A stretch of DNA of 64,000 nucleotides from assembly GCA_022566895.1 (NCBI GenBank), contig JADFIA010000001.1, forward strand, positions 631 through 64,630. Reading direction: 5' to 3'. The position numbers were made by a program, and so were the translations under genes. This stretch comes from Pseudomonadota bacterium. Lineage in GTDB: Bacteria > Pseudomonadota > Alphaproteobacteria > Sphingomonadales > SMXR01. Below, piece by piece: positions 59,703 to 64,000 of the stretch. The first letter of the stretch is position 1; the number at the start of each line of letters is the position of its first letter. The notes under the pieces are model-generated. The model searched no databases. It saw only the letters and a list, made by a program, of their open reading frames with translations, and was not told the DNA's origin.

Positions 59703-60322
59703 AGCAACAGCCAAATACGAGCCGGGGGCGCAAATTGCGTCCCCGGTATCTCCTAATCTTGCCGGCCTTGGTTGGTTTCTGGCTTCTCGGCGACGGTCTC
59801 TATATCCAGACCAAAGCGGTTGCCGCGCAGGTCCTGTTGGAGAGGGCGTGGGAGCGTAGTATGCGGACTGGCGAGCCCGCGAAGGCCTGGTCGTGGGCCG
59901 ATACCTGGCCGGTCGCCCGCCTTAGGGTCGAGCATTTGGGCATCGATTTTGTGGTTCTTGAGGGGGTCAGTGGCGAGGCGCTGGCCTTTGGTCCGGGGCG
60001 GATGGCGGGTCTGGGTCCCGAATATGGCTCGAGCACGACCTTGATCGCTGGCCACAAAGACACCCATTTCCGATTTCTGCCCAAACTGCGGATCGGCGAC
60101 GAGATCACCCTCGAGACCCTTCGCGGGCGGAACGAACGCTATCGGGTAATCGGGCAGGAAATCATCGACTATAGGGCTGCGAATCTGGAAGATGACCCCC
60201 TCCACCCGAAGCTCATTCTGGTCACCTGTTATCCCTTCGAAGCCTTAACGGTAAACGGTCCTTTGCGTTACGTGGTCATCGCCGAAAAACTCTTCGATCC
60301 CGGGTCAGACGCCGAAAGTTAA
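59699..60322 (+). CDS. Class GN (proteobacterial) sortase
   Basis: KA..AQ.LL.RAW, W.WADTWPVARL, LAFGPG, AGHKDTHF, LVTCYPF, R catalytic motifs. Confidence 0.9.
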   Translation: MKQQPNTSRGRKLRPRYLLILPALVGFWLLGDGLYIQTKAVAAQVLLERAWERSMRTGEPAKAWSWADTWPVARLRVEHLGIDFVVLEGVSGEALAFGPGRMAGLGPEYGSSTTLIAGHKDTHFRFLPKLRIGDEITLETLRGRNERYRVIGQEIIDYRAANLEDDPLHPKLILVTCYPFEALTVNGPLRYVVIAEKLFDPGSDAES

Positions 60323-60360
60323 TTCTACCGCTTCAAGTGCGAATTGGTTAGGGTGCCGCG

Positions 60361-61002
60361 ATGCCTGGGGACGACGAGCATAAGACGGCGCTTGAAGCCA
60401 GAAAACTGACCTGTGTGCGCGGCGGCCGCAGCCTTTTTTCATCGCTTTCCTTTAAGGTCGAGCGCGGTCATGCCCTGATCCTGCGCGGCCCAAACGGCAG
60501 CGGCAAAACGAGCCTTTTGAGAATCATCGCGGGTTTCCTGACTCCCGACGAGGGCCATTTTTGCTGGGGCGGTGTCGAAGGAAAGGCAGCAGTCAGCGCA
60601 TTGCAGGAGAATATCCATCTGATCGGGCATCTCACGGCTTTGAAGCCGATCCTGAGCGTTGCAGAAAATGTCGCCCTTTGGGCCGCACTGCACGGCGGCA
60701 ACGGCCAGACCACCGAAGCACTCCATGCCATGGGCCTTGTCGAGTTGGCAGAGCTGCCGGTGCAGTTTCTCTCAGAAGGCCAAAAGCGCCGCACTGCCCT
60801 GGCCCGGTTAATGGCTTTTCAAAAACCGATCTGGTTGCTGGACGAACCCTTGGCGGGACTGGACGCGGCGTCGGCAGACCGGCTCATGGAGGCGATCACC
60901 GGCCACCTTTCAAATGGTGGAATTGCGGTCATCGCAACCCATCAGCTGTTGCAAATGGACGCCGCGCTGCAGAGCGAGCTTCGGATTGGAGGCCGGCCAT
61001 GA
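60361..61002 (+). CDS. ccmA: Heme exporter ATP-binding protein CcmA
   Basis: GPNGSGKTSLLR, LS.GQKRR..LARL, WLLDEP. Confidence 0.92.
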   Translation: MPGDDEHKTALEARKLTCVRGGRSLFSSLSFKVERGHALILRGPNGSGKTSLLRIIAGFLTPDEGHFCWGGVEGKAAVSALQENIHLIGHLTALKPILSVAENVALWAALHGGNGQTTEALHAMGLVELAELPVQFLSEGQKRRTALARLMAFQKPIWLLDEPLAGLDAASADRLMEAITGHLSNGGIAVIATHQLLQMDAALQSELRIGGRP

Positions 61003-61667
61003 GACGGACCGTCGGGATACTGCTTCGACACGAGCTCCATTTGGCCTGGCGTCAGGGCAGCTCGTCCGGCATGGCGGTGGCCTTTTTCGTGATTGCTGTG
61101 GTGCTATTCCCGCTCGGCGTCGGGCCGGAGTTAAACATCTTGTCGCGGGTCAGTGCCGGAGTGATATGGGTGGCAGTTCTTTTATCGGCGCTGTTGTCAC
61201 TCGACCGCTTGTTCCAAGCCGATTTTGAGGACGGCAGCCTGGACCAGTTGGGGCTCATACCCCTGCCTCTCGAACTTATTGTCGCGGTCAAAGCAGCAGC
61301 GCACTGGATCGCGACCTGCCTGCCGATTATTGTCGCGTCTCCAGTCCTGGCGATCCTGATGAACATGGGCGGTGAGGGCTTCGGCGTCATGCTGTTTTCG
61401 CTGTTGATCGGCACGCCTGCTCTGAGTTTTATCGGAGCGATAGGCGCGGCGCTTACCGTAGCCATGCGGCGCGGTGGTGTTCTGGTGTCGATCCTGGTCC
61501 TGCCCTTGTTTATCCCGACCTTGATCTTCGGCGTCTCGGCAATCGATGCTGTGCTTACCCAGACGGTGGCCGGGCCCAATCTGCTGTTGTTGGGGGCGGT
61601 GACGGCATTGGCGATGGCATTGGCGCCTTTTGCTGCCGCCAGCGCCTTGCGTCTGGCGATGGGGTAA
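60999..61667 (+). CDS. ccmB: Heme exporter protein CcmB
   Basis: LFPLGVGP, DRLF..DFEDGSL, K..AHW, LPL.IP.LIFG. Confidence 0.93.
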   Translation: MRRTVGILLRHELHLAWRQGSSSGMAVAFFVIAVVLFPLGVGPELNILSRVSAGVIWVAVLLSALLSLDRLFQADFEDGSLDQLGLIPLPLELIVAVKAAAHWIATCLPIIVASPVLAILMNMGGEGFGVMLFSLLIGTPALSFIGAIGAALTVAMRRGGVLVSILVLPLFIPTLIFGVSAIDAVLTQTVAGPNLLLLGAVTALAMALAPFAAASALRLAMG

Positions 61668-61726
61668 CGGGAAATTCATTGTAATTTCATGAACGGAAGC
61701 TTGCGGCGGGCAAAAGCCGGGATTAG

Positions 61727-62458
61727 ATGATTGCTATGCACAGGTTCGCGAATCCGAGACGATTTCGAAAGCTGGCCGACGCCATCTTGCCTTGGAGCAT
61801 GGGGATTATGGCCGCCGCTTTTGCGGTCGGCATATATATGGCGCTGATCACCTCCCCGGCTGACTTCAAGCAGGGCGAATCGGTCCGCATCATGTATATC
61901 CATGTGCCCAGTGCTTGGATGGCGCTGCTGACCTACACGATCATTGCCGTTGCGAGCGGCGTATCGATCATTTGGCGGCATCCATTAGCCGACCTTGCGG
62001 CCAAGTCTGCGGCACCTGTTGGCCTGGCGTTTACCGGGCTGGCGCTGATTACCGGATCCCTCTGGGGCAAACCGATGTGGGGCGACTGGTGGGTTTGGGA
62101 CGCCCGGTTGACCTCGGTCTTGGTGCTGTTCTTTCTTTATCTCGGTTATATAGCAATCTGGCAGGCCATCGAGGACCAGAACCAGGCCTCAAGGGCCGCG
62201 GCGATTCTGGCTTTAGTCGGGTTCGTCAACGTTCCTATCATTAAGTTTTCGGTCGAATGGTGGAGCACGCTACATCAGCCGGCGAGTGTGATTCGCTTGG
62301 ATGGGCCAACCATCGACGGATCGATGTTGGTGCCGCTTCTGGTGATGGTGCTGGCCTTTAAGGCCTATTTCATTACCGTTCTGTTATGGCGCATGAAAGC
62401 CGAACTGGTGGCGCGTAAGCTGCAGGTTTTGCGACTAAAGAAGGCGCAGGGGGCCTGA
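61727..62458 (+). CDS. ccmC: Heme exporter protein CcmC
   Basis: HVPSAW, WGKPMWGDWWVWDARLT (WWD motif), WW.TLHQ. Confidence 0.95.
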   Translation: MIAMHRFANPRRFRKLADAILPWSMGIMAAAFAVGIYMALITSPADFKQGESVRIMYIHVPSAWMALLTYTIIAVASGVSIIWRHPLADLAAKSAAPVGLAFTGLALITGSLWGKPMWGDWWVWDARLTSVLVLFFLYLGYIAIWQAIEDQNQASRAAAILALVGFVNVPIIKFSVEWWSTLHQPASVIRLDGPTIDGSMLVPLLVMVLAFKAYFITVLLWRMKAELVARKLQVLRLKKAQGA

Positions 62459-62468
62459 GGAAGAGATT

Positions 62469-62657
62469 GTGGTCGAATTTTTTAACATGGACGGATATGG
62501 GGTCTTCATCTGGCCCAGCTATGTTATTGTGTTTGTGGTCTTGATTGGGCTCGGCATTCAAAGCCGGAAATGGTTGGCAAATCTGGAAAAGGCGGTGCAG
62601 GACTTGCAGCCTGAGGGCGATGCAGAGTCCGAAGGGCCTCAGATTGGCGAACCATGA
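62469..62657 (+). CDS. ccmD: Heme exporter protein CcmD
   Basis: MDGYGVFIWPSY, single TM and a charged tail; lies between ccmC and ccmE. Confidence 0.85.
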   Translation: MVEFFNMDGYGVFIWPSYVIVFVVLIGLGIQSRKWLANLEKAVQDLQPEGDAESEGPQIGEP

Positions 62658-63145
62658 GCAAAGGTTCCTTGAATCCAATGCGGCGACGCAAGCGCCAACG
62701 CATCATTGTGGTCCTTACGGCGATGGGCCTTTTGGGGATCGCCGTCGGGCTGATCCTGGTGGCGCTTCAGGAGAATATTGTCTTCTTTATCGCACCCTCT
62801 GAAATCGCCGAGCGCCAGATCGAATCTGGTCAGAGATTTCGCCTGGGGGGTCTGGTGGAGGCCGGTAGCTTGGAGCAACAACCCAACGATCCCACGATTC
62901 ACTTCCGGATTACCGACCTCGAAGCCTCCGTACCGGTCCAATATCGAGGATTGTTGCCGGATCTGTTCCGGGAAGGGGAAGGCGTTGTCGCAGAGGGCCG
63001 ACTGACTGCCGAGGGAATTTTTGAGGCGGATTCTATTTTGGCCAAACACGACGAGAATTACATGCCCAAGGAAGTTATCGAAAGCCTCAAAAAATCGGGC
63101 CGCTGGCAGCCGCAGGAGGAGCGGCCCAAGGACGAAGACTCTTGA
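62654..63145 (+). CDS. ccmE: Heme chaperone CcmE
   Basis: [30 protein letters not shown] (HxxxY). Confidence 0.95.
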   Translation: MSKGSLNPMRRRKRQRIIVVLTAMGLLGIAVGLILVALQENIVFFIAPSEIAERQIESGQRFRLGGLVEAGSLEQQPNDPTIHFRITDLEASVPVQYRGLLPDLFREGEGVVAEGRLTAEGIFEADSILAKHDENYMPKEVIESLKKSGRWQPQEERPKDEDS

Positions 63146-64000
63146 TCGCCGAAGTTGGACATTTTGCGCTGTTTTTGGCCCTTGCCATGGCCTTCATTGG
63201 GGCCGTATTTCCATCGATTGGGTTGGCCAGACGAGATGGATTTTTAAGCCATTTGGCCGGCCCGGCGGTGCTGGCGCAGTTTGTCTTCGTGCTCATCGCC
63301 TTCTTGGCCCTTCTCTATGGCTATGTTGTCTCCGATTTCTCGATCCTGGCGGTCGCCAACAATTCTCACACCATGAAACCGATGATTTACAAGGTCTCGG
63401 GCGTCTGGGGAAATCACGAGGGATCGCTGCTCCTGTGGGCGCTCGTGCTGACTGGATTTTCGAGCGCCGTGGCACTGTTTGCGCACAATCTGCCGCACAG
63501 CTTTAAGGCCCGCGTCTTGTCCGTCCAATCCGGCATCGCTTTCGGGTTTCTCGCTTTTACGCTTTTTACATCCAATCCGTTTGCCCGGCTCGACCCGGCG
63601 CCGCTCGAGGGAAGCGGACTGAATCCACTGTTACAGGATCCCGGCCTGGCCTTTCACCCACCGGTTCTCTATGTGGGCTACGTCGGCTTTTCGATTGCCT
63701 TTTCATTCGCCATTGCGGCTTTGATTGAGGGGCGGATTACCGCGGCCTGGGCCCGCTGGGTCCGGCCCTGGACACTGGTCGCCTGGATCTTCCTGACCAG
63801 CGGCATCGCCCTCGGCTCCTGGTGGGCATATTACGAACTGGGCTGGGGCGGCTGGTGGTTCTGGGATCCGGTGGAGAACGCGTCCTTCATGCCGTGGCTG
63901 GCCGGGACCGCCCTTGTGCATTCGGTGATCGTGGTTGAAAAGCGTGAAGCTCTGAAAGCCTGGACCGTGCTGTTGGCTATCCTGACCTTTTCGCTGAGCC
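63142..64000 (+). CDS. ccmF: Cytochrome c heme lyase CcmF, 5' part (runs off the right edge)
   Basis: TTG start, [51 protein letters not shown]. Confidence 0.95.
   Translation, partial: MIAEVGHFALFLALAMAFIGAVFPSIGLARRDGFLSHLAGPAVLAQFVFVLIAFLALLYGYVVSDFSILAVANNSHTMKPMIYKVSGVWGNHEGSLLLWALVLTGFSSAVALFAHNLPHSFKARVLSVQSGIAFGFLAFTLFTSNPFARLDPAPLEGSGLNPLLQDPGLAFHPPVLYVGYVGFSIAFSFAIAALIEGRITAAWARWVRPWTLVAWIFLTSGIALGSWWAYYELGWGGWWFWDPVENASFMPWLAGTALVHSVIVVEKREALKAWTVLLAILTFSLS

Noticed and set aside
1-64000. CRISPR arrays, IS elements, rRNA or anti-phage defence genes
   Set aside because: I saw no repeat-spacer periodicity, transposase or rRNA. The sirtuin is an ordinary CobB, not a defence-type SIR2.

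Overview
This window is chromosomal DNA from a GC-rich alphaproteobacterium; the gene content suggests a Sphingomonadales/Kordiimonadales-like marine lineage (inference). It is mostly housekeeping backbone: pmm-manC, cfa, dat, an ECF sigma module, korAB, pyrD, cysEK, cspA, tRNA-Arg(CCG), nadB, polA, a TonB-dependent receptor, folD, argG, rlmN, scoAB, cobB, tesA-ybbAP, yccA, acnA and ccmABCDEF. The standout is an orphan phage-type lysis cassette at 15394-16964 with no other phage genes nearby. It encodes an M15 peptidase endolysin, a small holin-like protein, an i-spanin-like protein and an unannotated +1-frame lipoprotein (o-spanin-like). It has its own promoter, a perfect operator-like palindrome and two tandem intrinsic terminators separating the endolysin from the holin/spanin genes. 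It is fused at both ends to host stop codons, which suggests a domesticated, antitermination-gated lysis or secretion module (GTA-lysis-like or T10SS-like). One extra base at 16699 would turn the spanin region into a canonical overlapped pair. Other items: a Gram-negative sortase and its target inserted between acnA and ccmA, a candidate sRNA with a C-rich loop (48097-48186), a His/Met ladder in one of two tandem GIN-domain proteins, and a start-less yggU (probable homopolymer indel). All calls come from reading motifs by eye; no database searches were run.
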